NCBI GenBank assembly: GCA_038087875.1 | Contig: CM075987.1 | Span: 23,500,001-23,564,000 of the forward strand | Length of the DNA stretch: 64,000 nucleotides | Direction of reading: 5' to 3' | Source: Malacoraja senta | Lineage: Eukaryota | In this document: one piece after another, positions 10,861 to 23,782 of the stretch | Layout of the letters: each line of letters starts with the position of its first letter | How positions within the stretch are numbered: position 1 is the first letter of the stretch | Made by a program: the position numbers and the translations under genes | The notes under the pieces: generated by a model | What the model was told of the DNA's origin: nothing | What the model saw: only the letters and a program-made list of their open reading frames with translations | The model's database searches: none

Positions 10861-13800
10861 TGCGGACTCCATTTTTGCAGGGCAGCCTTCAGCGGGCATG
10901 TCCAACTCACTAAAGTGAGCCGGTGTAACACAGTCCAATCTTATCCTCAACCCATGTCCTTAAATAGGGGTTAGTGAATCAGACCCACTCCTCGCCTCCA
11001 TCAGAGGAAGTTACACCAAACAGGGACCTAGGACCAAATTTTAGAGGAATGAGGAGAAAGACTAGTCAGCATCTGGCCAAGCTGCCACATGGGAATCCCG
11101 CCACTTATAGGTTCCCCGCCAAGTGGCACAAGATTACAAGTTGGAAGGATACGGTCGGCACTTCGTACATCCTGGAACTGCCACCCAACATCTCCGCGGG
11201 AGTACCTTCGCCAGAGAAGCTGCAATAGTTTAATGTGGCAGCTCCCTGCAATCGTCTCTTAAGGCCCTTAAGGATGGCAAGCATTTGTGGGACCTTGCCA
11301 GCAAATCACAGAACCAAAAAAGTGGTACGCCTCCCGCTATCAGCCGGGCCTGACCCTCATCTAATCCTCAAGGTGCACTGCAAGGATTCTGTTGACAGGA
11401 AATGTAATGTTACAATGCACTTTCCCCCAGTTAACAGTTGAATCTTAAAAGATGTAACAAAATATAACACAGAACACGAGCATTCACACAATTTAGAAGT
11501 TGACAATGTTTGTTGAGAACAGCTCAGATCCTTCTCCTCTGTACACGGACAAGTTACAAATGCAAAAATAATTCTGGTCGGGCCTCTGCTGGAGTGTATT
11601 AACTGATTCCAACGCCCACACTTTGGGAAAGATGTCAAGCGCTTGGAAACTGCACAGACGATTTGCTTTAATTTAACCAGGGATCATTTCAAATATGTAC
11701 AAAAACTGGAGAGGTCAGGAATACTTCACTTGACAGCAGATCAGGTTATGGAGAAATTTAACAGTAGTCAAAATGATCACATTTTGGAAAGAATAAATAC
11801 GTTACTGGTTTAAGAAACATTTTAGGCAGGTACAAGGATAGGATAGGTTTAGAAGGATAATGGCCAAACGCAGTTTTCAAAATGGAATTGGAAAAATACT
11901 TTGAATGAACATTGTGAAGGACTAGAACAAAAGAGCCAGCAAAAGGAGCTAAATACTCTTCCGAGATCTTGCACACAATGGATCATATGCCTCCTTCTGT
12001 GCAGCAAGATACAAGAGCTGAATCAAGGAGGCCGTCTGGAATTTTATGCACAGCTGAGATCCCAAACACAAATTCCAAGGAGAAGAACAATAAGAGTCAG
12101 GAACAGGCGACAAGGGTCACAGTCCAGAGACAGAACATGTAGAAATAGTGTGTCGCAGAGAGGCAAAGATGTTTGCAGAAAAGTAAATGAGGACTTGCAC
12201 GATTTGAATATTAAAATTTGAAAATTAAAATGAAAACTCCCAAGAGGGAATTCAATAGATGTTTGAAAAGTAAATATTTTAGGGAAAAGAGCAAAGGGTT
12301 GGTTTTAATTGAATAGCTCTTATTAACTGTCAGTGTAGGTACTGTAGGGTGGAAGGCTTTCATCTGTGCTTTAAGATTCTATGTGCGTGAAGTCCCAGAT
12401 CAACTGTATATTTCTCCATATCACCGTTTAGGTCTCTCGTTTCCCTTTCCGCTGACTCTCAATCTAAAGAAGGGTCTCGACCCGAAACGTCACCTATTCC
12501 TTTTCTCCAGCGATGCTGTCTCTGACCCGCTGAGTAACTACAGCTTTTTGTGTCTATATGTTGTATTAAACTTAACTTGGAGTGAGTGAATGGTATTTGG
12601 TAAATGATGCATGGGGCCCACTGAAAGGAGCATTCTACGGTGATTCTCAATTTAAACAGTGGTGTGCAGTGTATTCAGCAAAAGAGGAATTAACATGAAC
12701 CAAACACCGCCTGACAGGTGCGGGAACAGGGTTCTCACAAGGAAGTAGACACGTTCCTCTATTTAAATGGATCCCTGGCTATAAATAAAATAAAACTCAA
12801 TAGGAGTCTCCGAACACACCCACACTAACAGCCACCCTCTCGTCCTGATCTAATCTGTCGCTCTCTGTTGGCAGGCTGCAATCTCAAACATCCCCTGGCG
12901 ATTTGATGATCGCCTCATAAATTCCTCTCTCACTTAGTTATCGCCCCATCACTCAGCACAGAGTGAGGCTGTTGTGATTGCAGGCTCTCAATATGGAGCA
13001 GCCATTCCAGCTTCACCGTTTGCTCTAGGTAAAGACTTGTATCATATCCGGAGTTAAGGAAATGTGTGTGTAATAAAAGATCCCAAGACATTTCAAAGGG
13101 AGGTTACCAGACAAAATCTAACACCTCACCAGATAACGAGACTAAAAGGTTAATCAAAGGTGAATTGTGGTACAGCTTTGAAGGAGAGGGAATATAACGA
13201 AGGAATTTTAGCTCTTCCCCAACATAGCTGAAGGCATAACCACCAGTAAGGAAGCAATTAAAACATGGTTAGGGGCAAAAGCCCAGAATTAAAGGAGCAC
13301 AAAGATCGTAGAGGATTACAGGGCTGTGGGAGATTTGTTGAGTTGTGTATAGATTTGAAAACAAGAGAGAGAATTTAAAACTAAATTGAAGCAGGACAAG
13401 GTCAAAATGTGGGCAAGACAAACAGCTCATTTCTGTGCTTAATGACTCTCTGACATTGGTGTGATGGGTGAATGGAGCTCTGTATGAATTCGGGAAGATG
13501 AGGTTTGGATGAATTGCATCAAGAGCTGGCTGTGGGGCCGAATGGTCTACTCCTACACCTATTGTCTAAGAGAACCTCGGAATAATCAAACCCTAGAGTA
13601 CCAAATTTTATATACATATATAAAATGTCGCCAAATAAAACTCAACTCTAATATTACCTCATGAATAACTCAGCCCACCTTTGCTGCCAGCTTTCAATCA
13701 CCCCCAGCACATCCCCCTACAGCCGTCAATCTGCTGCCTCTTCACCAAAGCAAAACATCTAGTTCCCACAACACTCTCGAAACACAAATTGCCCAATTTC

Positions 13801-13904
13801 TCCTTCACTATTCTCCCCGTCAATACACTTCTCTCCTCCCGCTCCTCACATCCTCTTCCCAAACAATGCTGAGCTGCCCGAGGTTCATTATTAAAGAGCC
13901 ACGG

Positions 13905-14660
13905 TGACAGAGTAATACAGCGTGGAAACAGACCCTTCGGCTCGACTTGCTCGTGCCAACCAACATGCCCCATCTACAGTGGTTCCATATCTCTCTAAAC
14001 CTATCCTATCAAGTACATGTCTAAATGTTTCTTAAATGTTGTGATCGGACCTGCCTCAATGACCTCCTTCAGCAGCTTGTGCCATACACCCACCACCCTT
14101 TGTGTAAAAAAAGTTACTCCTCAGGTTCCCATTAAATCTTTCCCCTCTCACCTTAAACCTATGTCCTCTTGTTTTCGATTCCCTTACTCTGGGCAAAAGA
14201 CTGTATGTTTACCCGATCTATTTCTCTCTCTCTCACAATTTTCCATACCTCTATAAGATCACACCTCATCCTCCTGCCCTCCAAGAAATAAAGTCCTAGC
14301 CTGCTCAGCCTCTTCCCTATAGCTCAGTCCCTCGAGTCTTGACAACAGGGGATATGGTGAGACGGCAGGAACGGGACACTGAATGAGGATGTTCAGCCAT
14401 GATCACAGTGAATGGCGGTGCTGGCTCAAAGGGACGAATCGCCTACTCCTGCACCTATTGTCTATATATCCCAGTAAATCTTCTCTGGACTCTTTCTGAA
14501 CCCTTTCAAGCTTGACAACATCTTTCCTACAACATGGTGACCAAAACTGAGCACTATACTCCAAATGTGGCCTCACCAACTATTGTTTTACACAAGTGTA
14601 ACATGGCCTCACAACTTCTATACTCTGACTGATGAAAGCCTTCTTGATCACCCTATCCAC
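13905..14660 (-). mobile_element. Degraded CR1-type LINE fragment with a second CR1 tail nested at about 14348-14465
   Basis: RT C-terminal remnants (gtgaggccacatttggagtatagtgctcagttttgg on the minus strand) and CR1 3' UTR. Confidence 0.7.
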
Positions 14661-14755
14661 CCTATTCTGCAGTAACATCTCAACTCAATAGCTTCTCCTC
14701 TCTGCTGCTGTAACTAAGGATAACATTATGATGTTGCAATGGCAGTGAGCATTTT

Positions 14756-15705
14756 TTTTTTAATTATTCAATTGTTAAAAATATTATTTACAATACAATA
14801 AAACAAAACAGAACCCACCACCATAACACAAGACAAACAAATATACTAAATAAACTACTATACAACGATGTTACAATCCTTGTCAAGGATGCATTCAACC
14901 CCCCCCGCGGTGTCCAGCGGTCCTGGAACTCCCCCAGGGTGCCCGTGGACAGTGCGTAGTCCCTCTCTAACACCACCCAGGCACGGAGGTAACCCCGGAA
15001 AAGGGGCGTGAAGCCAGCTCGGGCAGAGCCCTCTTCTGCCTTGGTAACCAGCTTTTTTTTTTTGTAAAATCAAAACCGTGGTGACACACCCACCACCTCA
15101 TTACAAAGTCACCAAACTATTCAAACATTAAATCACAAACTAAGTTACAAATAACAGCACCCGGGCGCGGGCAGACGTGACCCCGGTAAAAGGGGCAAGC
15201 ATCTGGCTCGGGCAAAGCCCTCTTCCGCCTGGCGCCGTGACTCGCGGTTGGCCAGCTTGGCCAGGCCTAGGAGCAAGCCAACCAGGACATCTTCGGCCCT
15301 GCCCGCTCCCTACATCCCATCACCGGTCCTTCGGTCGCCGACAGCAGAGCCGCTCCTCCCCCTGGCTGTGGCGGTGTTGCTGACCCTCCGGACCCTTGAT
15401 ACAAGGTCCCTCTACCCGCAACAGGAACGATGCTGCTCTTGGTCTTGGCGTCTTTCTCCAGGGCGTCCAAGAAGGACCTGAGCTGAAGCCGGTCGTTCCC
15501 CTGCACCTCCTTGCCCCTCGCCCTCCTTTTGAGGATGAGGTTCAGCGAGCTGGCGAGCCCGTGTAAGTTTGGCCACCGGAGGGAGGCCAGTCTGGGCCGA
15601 TGTTGGGCTCCTTCGGTGGCCTGGATGTACTGGCGGACTTCCTCCACTGGAATGTGTGGAGTGGCGTCGGGCGAGGAGGGGCAGAGAGCATCTTGGTGCA
15701 TCCAA
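14756..15705 (-). mobile_element. Tx1/L1-clade LINE remnants (two ORF2 C-termini, possible ORF1 tail, T-rich 3' UTR with poly-A)
   Basis: LLLGLAKLAN..SRRQAEEG and VVLERDYALSTGTLGEFQDRWTPRG resemble Tx1 ORF2 ends; A-rich tails at 14752 and 15054. Confidence 0.6.
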
Positions 15706-17274
15706 ATAACTACACAGGAATTGGTTTAGATATCCGTGCTTAAAATATCGACTAGACTTTATTACCTCACTGCCATTGTATTTATTTATTCCACATTAAG
15801 TATTTTGGAACATCTTTAAAATATGCATCTATTGGCTGTTAGATGTAAATACAAGGAACTGCAGATGATACTGGTTTACAAAAAAAGGCAAAGTGCTGGA
15901 GAAACTCAGCGGGTCAGGCAACATTTCTGGAGGTTTCGGGTCAGGACCCTTCTTCAGACTCTGAGTTACTCCAGCACGGTGTCTTTTATTGGCGGTTTGA
16001 TGTTGAGGAGCAACAGGGTGTCAGGGGTTATGGGGAGAAGGCAGGAGATTGGGGTTGAGAGGGAAAGATAGATCAGCCGTGATTGAATGGCGGAGTAGAC
16101 TCGATGGGCCGAATAGCCTAATTCTCCTAGAACTTATGACGTCAGATGCCACATGTAAAGCACTCCTATGTTACAGGCCACTCACTATCCCTATTTCCAT
16201 CTGAGGGCTTTCTGCCAAGAGCCTCCCTGTGCAGCAAAACATCTGGTGCCCCTGTCGGGGATTCCTCCATGGTCCCCAGCGCTGCTGCCTTCCAGTTTCC
16301 TGTGCTGATTGCTGGTACGTGCTGGCTGGCACAAGGCAGTCTGGTGCAAGAAGCTGCTCCTGGCGCAGGCATCAGACGGCTGCTCTCTCTCTCTCTCTCT
16401 CTCACACCAGGCTGCCAGCAACTGGCAGGAGCAAACGCCCGCACTGCAGCTTGCTGCTCCTTCGTCAGTACACAGAGGCACCGTCACAAAAGCCCGTGCG
16501 ACCAGCCGCTTTCTGAAAGGCACGGTAGCCCACGTTCACACTCGGGCATCCCTAACCAGCCTCACAGTGGCTCCACTGCCTAGTCCACACCCTGACCCCC
16601 CAAATCCCAACCCCACCAGCTGTGGAGCACATTTCAGACCCTTGGCCCCAGGCCAGCAAGTACTGACTTTCATTAAATAACATACACAAATTGTTCTAAT
16701 GAAACTCTGACCGACTTCCTGAGGCATGTCACAATTTGATTAGTAATGGCTGCATTTCCTCTATTCGTTAATCCATTCAGCTAATTAATCTCAATTAAAA
16801 AATTCAAAGCATTTTCATCAGTTGCATACAATCGCCACATCAATCTGTCCAAGTCACATTCTCTCCCAGTTTATCCCCCTGCACTAGTCGATGTTTCTCT
16901 ATCAACCCCACCCGATACCATCAGGTTAATGTTCACAATCCTCCCCATCACCGCACCACTTTCAGCACAAGCTTCCACTGCAAGCTGTGAAGTGATCATA
17001 AAGTGATGCGATTAATATTGTCAGGCTGTCTAACCATGGAAGCCAGAACATCTTCAAATGCTATTGCATCCAAATATCACCCAATGCTACTGGAGGAGAG
17101 TGCGAGTCTGCGAGGTCGTGCGAAAGGGTAGTCTTGGTACATCTTCACAAACCACCAGTACGGCCTCAGTTCTGAGCAACACGCTATAGGATGTCAAACC
17201 AATGGACAGGGTACAGAGGAGGAGGAGGAAGAGAAGTGTGGATGAGGATCACTGGCTCCTGGATGAGATTTTTA

Positions 17275-17549
17275 GTTTAATTTAGAGATACAGGCCCTTC
17301 AGCCCACACCGACCAGCGATCCCCACACATTAACTCTATCCTACACACTGGAGACAAGTTATCAATTATACCGAGCCAATTAACCTACAGACCTGCACGG
17401 CTTTGGAGTGTGGGATGAAACCGAAGATCTCAGAGACAAGTCACGAGGAGAACATATAAACTCGGTACAGACAGCACCCGTAGTCAGAATCGAACCCGGG
17501 TCTCTTGCGCTGTAAGGCAGCAACTCTACCGCTGCGCCACCGTGCCGCC
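17275..17549 (-). mobile_element. HE1/V-type SINE
   Basis: Head ggcggcacggtggcgcagcggtagagttgctgccttacagcgc on the minus strand; (TAAAC)n tail. Confidence 0.85.
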
Positions 17550-18237
17550 CTGTTGGCGATGAGGATTTTTTTTTTCCCCCTCAGAGCACAGATTAGTGGA
17601 GACAAATTAGAAATATTCAAAATCACAACAGCTCTAGAGAAAATATGGAGAAAATGCTGCGTCTAGAAAATGAATCAATCCAGCATTGTGGAACTTAAAT
17701 GAACAGGTCAACAGACATAGGGACAGGAGGAGAAGCTACATCCTCAGCTGTTACTGTTAAGATCTGAATGGACCACCTGATGGGATGATAGAACCTGGTC
17801 CAAGTGAAACCTTCACAGAACATCTGCATATGTATATGTATTCGAAGAGAACTAATCTGCAGGAACAAGAAGAAAATCGTAATATATAGGAAGGAACTGC
17901 ACATGCTGGTTTAAACAGAAGATAGACATAAGATGCTGGAGTAACTCGCGGGTCAGGCAGCATCTCTGGAGTAAAGGAGCAGGTGACGTTTTGGGTCGAG
18001 ACCCTTCTTCAGACTGAGAATCAGGGGAAAGGGAAACGAGAAAAAAATTAATAGACAGGACTAATCTCGACAGCGCCATTAAATCACCAACATAGCCACA
18101 ACACGCACAAGAGTCCTCCTTTTGTCGCAACCTATAGATCTCTAAACTGTTTCACCAGAAGGAAGGATTAATAACAAGATTATACAAACTTAATGGGTTT
18201 GGCAAAAGATCCAGAGTTGGGATTGCAATTTTTTTTT

Positions 18238-19844
18238 TTAAATAAGAGGGAAAAGGGTAACTAAAGAGAGAGTGGGACCTCTCAGGAATAAAAGCAGTCA
18301 CCTCTGCGTGGAGCCACAGGAGATGGGCAAGGTCTTCAATGAGTATTTCTCATCTATATTTACCGAGGAGAAAGACAGTAGGACAGAGGAAATTGGAGCA
18401 GTCACTGGAAGTGTCATGAGAGCAGTCACTGGAAGTGTCATGAGAGCAGTCAGGGTTACCGTCGAGGAAGTACTGAAGGTACTGTCGTGTTTGAAGTTAG
18501 CCAAATCTCTAGGGCCTGATCAGATATATGCGAGGACATTGTGGGAAGCCAGAGAGGAAATTGTGGGAGCCCTGGTTGAAATTTATGAGTTGTCCTTAAA
18601 TACAGGAGAGGTTCCAGAGGATTGGAGGGTGGCAAATGTTGTGCCTCTTTTCAAAAGGGTTGCAGGGAAAATGCTGGGAACTATAGGCCGGTGAGCTTAA
18701 CATCTGTAGTTGGTAAGTTACTGGATAGTATTCTGAGGGATAGGATATACAGGCATTTGGATGGGCAAGGGCTGATTAGGGACAGTCAGCATGGTTTTGT
18801 ACGTGGGAGGTCGTGTCTCACAAATCTGATGTTGCTTCTCGGACTGAAGGCCTGTGACTAGTGATGTGCCACAGGGTTCGGTGCTGGGCCCGTTACTGTT
18901 TGTCATCTACATTAATGATTTGGATGAGAACACACAGGGCAAGATTAGCAAGTTTGCCGAGGATACAAAAGTTAGTGGTTTTGCAGATAGTGAAGATGGT
19001 TGTGAACAGGATCTGGGTCAATTGGCCAGGTGGGCAGAGGAATGGTTGATGGAATTTAATACAGAGTAGTATGAGGTGTTGCATTTTGGGATGTCGAATA
19101 AGGGCAGGACTTACACAGTAAATGGTAGGCCTCTTGGGAGTGTTGTAGAGCAGAGGGTCTAGTAGTATGGTTCCATGAAGGTCGAGTCGCAGGTAGATAA
19201 GGTGGTCAAAAGGGCTTTTGGCCTTCATCAGTCAGAGTATTGAGAATCGAAGTTGGGAGGTCATGTTGCAGTTGTATAAGACGTTGGTGAGACCGCATTT
19301 GGAATATTGTGTTCAGTTCTGGGCACCATGTTATAGGAAAGATATTGTCAAGCTTGAAAGGGTTCAGAAAAGATTTACGAGGATGTTGCCAGGACTAGAG
19401 GGTATGAGCTATAGGGAGAGGTTGAGTAGGCTGGGTCTCTATTCCATGGAGCGTACGAGGATGAGGGGAGATCTTATAGAGGTTTACAAAATCATGAGAG
19501 GAATAGATCACGTAAATGCACAGTCTTTTACCCAGAGTAAGGGAATCGAGGACCACATAGGTTCAAAGGTAAAGGGGAAAAGATTTAATGGGAATCCGAG
19601 GGGTAACTTTTTCACACAGACGGTGGGGGGTGTATGGAACAAGCTGCCAGAGGAAGTAGTTGAGGCTGAGACTATCCCATCATTTAAGAAACAGTTGGAC
19701 AGGTACATGGATAGGACAGGTTTGAAGGGGTATGGACCAAGCGCAGGCAAGTGGGACTTGGGTAGTTGGGACATTGTTGGCCGGTATGGGCGAGTTGGGC
19801 CGAAGGGCCTGTTTCCACACTGTACCACTCTATGACTCTATGAC
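18238..19844 (+). mobile_element. CR1-type LINE, 5'-truncated and internally deleted ORF2 (reverse transcriptase pseudogene)
   Basis: NYRPVSLTSVVGK, QHGFVRGRSCLTNL, VPQGSVLGPLLFVIYINDL, KFAEDTK (FADD motif mutated), LYKTLVRPHLEYCVQFW; frameshifts; (CTATGACT)n tail. Confidence 0.92.
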
Positions 19845-21500
19845 ACCAATGTAATCTATTTCCATTTTCATGAACTAAAATTCACTGGCTGGAATGGTAA
19901 TGGGTGATTTAACAGCAATTGTCAAAAGAGAATTGAATAAATGCTTGAAAATTCCAGAGCCTTATGCAAAAAGCCAATGTTAAGCTCTTCAAAGAACCAG
20001 CATTGGGCATGGTGGGCCAAATGGCCTCCTCTCATGCGTTAAAATTCAATCACATATCTGATTAGTGAAACGACCTTTTAGTGACCTAACATTACAAGGT
20101 TCATCGCTCGGACACTGCCAGGTTATGGACACTAGTAAAGTCATGTTGTCACTGAAAGCTTTTCCCTTACAATCACTTGCCATGTTTCACACACCCAGCA
20201 ATGGGAGACAAGTATAAAGATGAAATTTGTGTGCCTCTGGAATGGATCAGCAGACAATGTGAAACCTGCACATCTCTGGCGTAAACATCGAGGGGTAAAA
20301 CAATCACTTAAATCAGCCCTTCAAGGCACATGCTGTGAGCGTGACCCACTGAAAGAGAGCTAGAATAGATTATGATTACAGAGTCTCAATATTCACCTTT
20401 GACAGAGACATCTCCATAACTTGGTACTGGAGCCGGTCTGTGCATCAGCATTGGGAACAGCAGCTGGATTACCGAATGTATTCACTGTCAGTAAACCACA
20501 TGGGGGGCACCAACACAGTGCCAGAGATACCTCCCTTCTCAGCCCACATCCCAAACAGTGACAGATGATGCACGAATCTTCTGATTACAGGTATCGAGCG
20601 GTGTTAGACTCATGTCACAGAATTCATCATCATCTCTGCCTTGATTAAAGGCCGAGTTTGCAGACGACACTTGGGAGTCATTCTCCGTTACGTGTGCACG
20701 TATTCTGCCTGAGGAGGCCACCCCCCCATTCTGGAGCTGGAGGTCAAGGACAGCCCTTGGTAAAGAACTGGAGGCCGAGAAGTGAACGAGAGAATGAGAA
20801 CAAATCCTTAAGTTAATCAAAATCGTGCTGGGGCCCTTTTTCAAAAGCAGGAAACATTAATTTAAGAGAAAGAAAGCAAGTAAATAACTAACTGTGCACA
20901 TGTAGAGAGCAAACTCTACATCACATAGAAAGGTGTCATTCTAGACTCATGAAGATTCAGCTGATCTCTGTCAAGGCAATGTCAGCAATGCTCTTTGCCT
21001 CGCATTTCACTGTACCTTAATTGGTACATGTGACAATTAAATTGAATCTTGCCTGACAATGAATGGAAATATCAACCAGTATTTCTGCTCTTAATCACCG
21101 CTTGGACCCCCAGGTTAGAGAGGGGGGATATCAGCCAGAGTTCTGGCCGCCAATCACAATCTTGTGATTTCTGCTGAAACTTGGGCTACATTTCAATATC
21201 AGCATCCCACCCATGTTCGGACTTGATCGTAGACCTTTACTGACATCAGGACATCATTGGTTTTGTTTCCATTCTTTAAATCACATCCTCAGGACAGGCC
21301 AGAGTGAGGGTCTGGTAGTGGGCATACAGGAGAGGAAGGGGGGAGGGGAGGGGGGGGGGGGAAGGGGTGAAAGAATAAAACTACACACCAGGTGGCACCT
21401 TGGAGCTGCATAGGTGGTTTCAGTGTTGATTATTCTGCAATAAAGCTGCACGTCACCAAGAGCCTCCGCAGAGTGAGCCCTGCACACGTCCCTTAGCCTA

Positions 21501-21767
<267 letters not shown>

Positions 21768-22075
21768 CTATAGAAGATAGGCACAAAAAGCTGGAGTAAC
21801 TCAGCGGGTCAGCTTTTTGTGTCTATCTTCGGTTTAAAACAGCATCGGCAGTTCCTTCCATAACATAAATACAGCATCAGCAACTCATCCTGGAGAGAGA
21901 GAGAGAGCGCCTTTAATATGAAATAACTTTGGATGTGTGCACTCTGCTCACCTTTTAACCAAGAATAAGAAATCCCACAACATGCTGATCATGCTCTTGC
22001 ACTTCAGAAATTGGATAAATACTTGAACGAAAATACTTGCAGGTTTAAGAGAAAGCATCAGACAAGTGGGACTCG

Positions 22076-22473
22076 AAGATAAACACAAAAAGCTGGAGTA
22101 ACTCAGCGGGTCAGACAGCATCTCTGGAGAGAAGGAATAGGTGACATTTCAGGTCTTGACCTTTCTTCATACTGAGAATCAGGGGAAAGTGAAACGAGAG
22201 GTATAGATGGTGAGAGAGATATAGAACAAATGAACGAAAGATATGCAAAAAAGTAACGATGAAGGAAGCAGGCCATTGCTAACTGTGGGCAAGGTGAAAA
22301 CGACAGTCTATATCCCTCGTTTCCCTTTCCCCCGACGCTCAGTCTGAAGAAGGGTCTCGATCCGAAACGTCACCTATTCCTTTTCTCCAGAGATGCTGTC
22401 TGATCCGCTGAGTTACTCCAGCTCTTTGTGTCTATGTTCGGTTTAAACCAGCATCTGCAGTTCCTTCCTAGAC
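22076..22473. mobile_element. Palindromic Penelope-derived element with inverted arms of about 130 bp
   Basis: Left arm 22076-22208 is the approximate reverse complement of 22307-22439. Confidence 0.8.
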
Positions 22474-23631
22474 AAGGACTAATTGGTCAGCACTTTCAAA
22501 GATAATGAAGGCTCAAGAAGCCCACCGGCCTCTTTCCGCACTTTGTTGTTATATTATTATGTTGGGAATTATATGCCTTCTTTTACATGCTCAAAAAATT
22601 AAGATTTATCAAGCAGAGGCCTTCCTTGATGCCATGATAAGTGCTTCCCTTGCACGGTAGCACTATGAACAAGCATTTCCAGCCTTGAGTTTTACACTGG
22701 GTGTTTTAATCCAGCATTTGAGCACAAGATCGACGTGACAATCTAAATCCCTCCTGGACTACTCATGTGAACAAACAAATAGTGAACTTCACAAGCCTCC
22801 TCAAGTCTCCCCAATGTCATTCTGGCTGCAGCCCAGCAATGAGGTCCTTGTGGAATTCAGTGGCAGAGTGCCAACATTTGGCCATTTCTTTGTAGTTCAT
22901 TTTTGGAATTTCAGAATCAAGTAATTGATATGTATTAATTGTTAAAAATATATAAAAAGCAATTGTTTTAAACATTTTGTCGTGTTGTTAGTCTTGATTA
23001 TGATAAACTTTTTTCTATAAAACCATTACACTTCTAAGAAGCATGTTCAAGCTTTTGACACCAAGAGTAGTGGGTGCCTGGAACGCATTGCCAGGGGTGG
23101 TGGTGGAACCACTCACGATAGTGGCGTTTAAGAGGCCTTTAGATGGGCACATGGAAGTACAAGTAATAGAGGGATATGGATCATGTACAGCTAGATGAGA
23201 TCAGATTAATTTGCCGTCATGTTTCGGCACAAACATTAGGGGCTGGACGGTCCATTCCTGTGCTGCCCTGTTCTATGTTCCATGGGGCAGCTCATCATCG
23301 ACTGGAGCAAGCTGGGCCAAACCATTTCACAGCATGTACACTGTGCATCACTGTAATTCAGGGGTCAGCATAACCTTTCCAACACCAAGGGCCCTGTGGT
23401 GTGTTGCATAAATAGGTAAAGCTGCAATCTCCAAAATCATGAGGGGAGGATTGGCTGCAACAGGATAACGGGACTGGAGATACTCGAGACCTTTAAGGTG
23501 CAGCCCTTTAAAGGGAGTGATGAAGCAAAGTTCAAGATGAGGACGTGCAAATCTGCCAACTGGTCATGAATGAACTACCAGGGTGTTAGTGCAGGCAAGG
23601 AACACCAGAGAGACCATGAACACGCACCCAC

Positions 23632-23782
23632 CTGAAGACCTGTCCCCACAAATGGCACAGATGTGTTTGGTGAGCGAAATCGGACAATTTGAAGAATGGG
23701 AAGGCATTTTAAGCATGCCATTGATTCCTAAAGGTGGCTTCACATCCTCTGTGCTGCTGACTGAATTCATAGGCGAGTTTAT
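23632..23782 (-). CDS. RXRA: RXRA exon (exon 3 equivalent): end of A/B domain and start of first zinc finger
   Basis: ttacag|ATAAACTCG...TCTTCAG|gtgggt; 151 bp; [51 protein letters not shown]. Confidence 0.95.

Noticed and set aside
16146..16680. Overlapping 90-145 aa ORFs in a GC-richer intronic patch
   Set aside because: No recognisable domains; includes a CT microsatellite; no splice evidence. A regulatory role cannot be judged from sequence alone.
18272..19835. Reverse transcriptase ORFs as a host gene
   Set aside because: Frameshifted, internally deleted CR1 ORF2 with a mutated catalytic motif.
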